A stretch of 64,000 bases of DNA from Octopus sinensis (Eukaryota), in contig NC_042997.1 of assembly GCF_006345805.1 (NCBI RefSeq), positions 87,296,001 to 87,360,000 of the forward strand, read 5' to 3'. Of this stretch, positions 63,296-64,000 are shown in pieces; position 1 is the stretch's first letter; each line of letters begins with the position of its first letter. Both the position numbers and the translations under genes were made by a program. Under the pieces are notes generated by a model. It saw nothing but the letters and a program-made list of their open reading frames with translations, did no database searches and was not told the origin of the DNA.

Positions 63296-64000
63296 GCTTA
63301 TGGGGAGAAAAATATTGAAAAATATCAATAGATGTGTGAGTGAGAAAGAAACGAGGAGGGAGGTTATGGGATGTACTAGAAACAACAGCCAGATCTTTAA
63401 ATCACACATTTTCCTCTGAAATTATTAACAATTTATTTTTAAACCAAAAATGTTTCTCTCACGTGTTTTAAGTGCATAGGGGGGGGGGAGGCCCAAATCG
63501 TTTCGAACCGGAGTGGGAAAAAAAATTTTGCCAAAAATTTTTTTTTTTTTTTCGTGAAAAGATGCCTCCAATCATTCTGAAGATTTTGGTGAAAAACATT
63601 GGAAAAAATCCCCGTCAAAAGGGAGAAATTCAAACTTATATGGGCCGTCTGTTCTGAAACTCCGTTTCCTAGAAACTCATACCCCCACCTCCTTCCAAAA
63701 AGTTTACCCACAAATTTATTTGTAATCCTAATCTACATCGTTTGAAAGGTATTTGTATAAAAATTTATTACGAAATACCGGTTTTCCAGAAAGTTATGAG
63801 TGTGGAAATGTCGGGTCCTGTGAATTTTCCGAAACTCCTCTCCCCAACTCCTCATAAATTTTTTCCAACAAATCATTACATATACTCAGTCTACAAGGTA
63901 TACGCGATTATTTGTTGAAAGTTTCGTTAAAAAATATCCATTTTTCTGGGAGTTATGAGGCAACAAAACTGGTGGGGTATTAAACTGTAGTTATGCCTTT

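Overview
AT-rich, intron- and repeat-dense eukaryotic DNA. The SINE/LINE repertoire resembles an octopus (cephalopod) genome; this is an inference from recognised repeat families. The backbone is one minus-strand gene, assembled here from 16 GT-AG coding exons with fully consistent phases (ATG at 55296, last visible donor at 1246; 3121 nt, about 1040 codons; the C-terminus lies left of the window). It encodes a YMR196W-like, GH63-related (alpha/alpha)6 glycoside hydrolase that keeps the GMDN catalytic-acid motif. The standout feature is exon 16 (1247..2234, 988 nt). It places roughly 300 residues of in-frame, repeat-derived sequence (E/R/K charged-helix-like tract, 24-nt tandem repeats, poly-Glu) between two conserved motifs of the catalytic barrel. 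The introns contain a near-intact 5'-truncated R4/Dong-type RT-REL LINE in a (TAA)n tract, a train of four SINEs, RTE LINE remnants, hAT/hATm and mariner elements, MITEs and long (TA)n arrays. At least four intronic loci have hammerhead-ribozyme-like folds with palindromic helix III, as in Penelope-like elements, and two of these occur as inverted pairs. Upstream of the gene lie an unexplained decayed coding-like segment and adjacent maT (DD37D) and Tc1 elements. All family assignments come from motif recognition, not from database searches.
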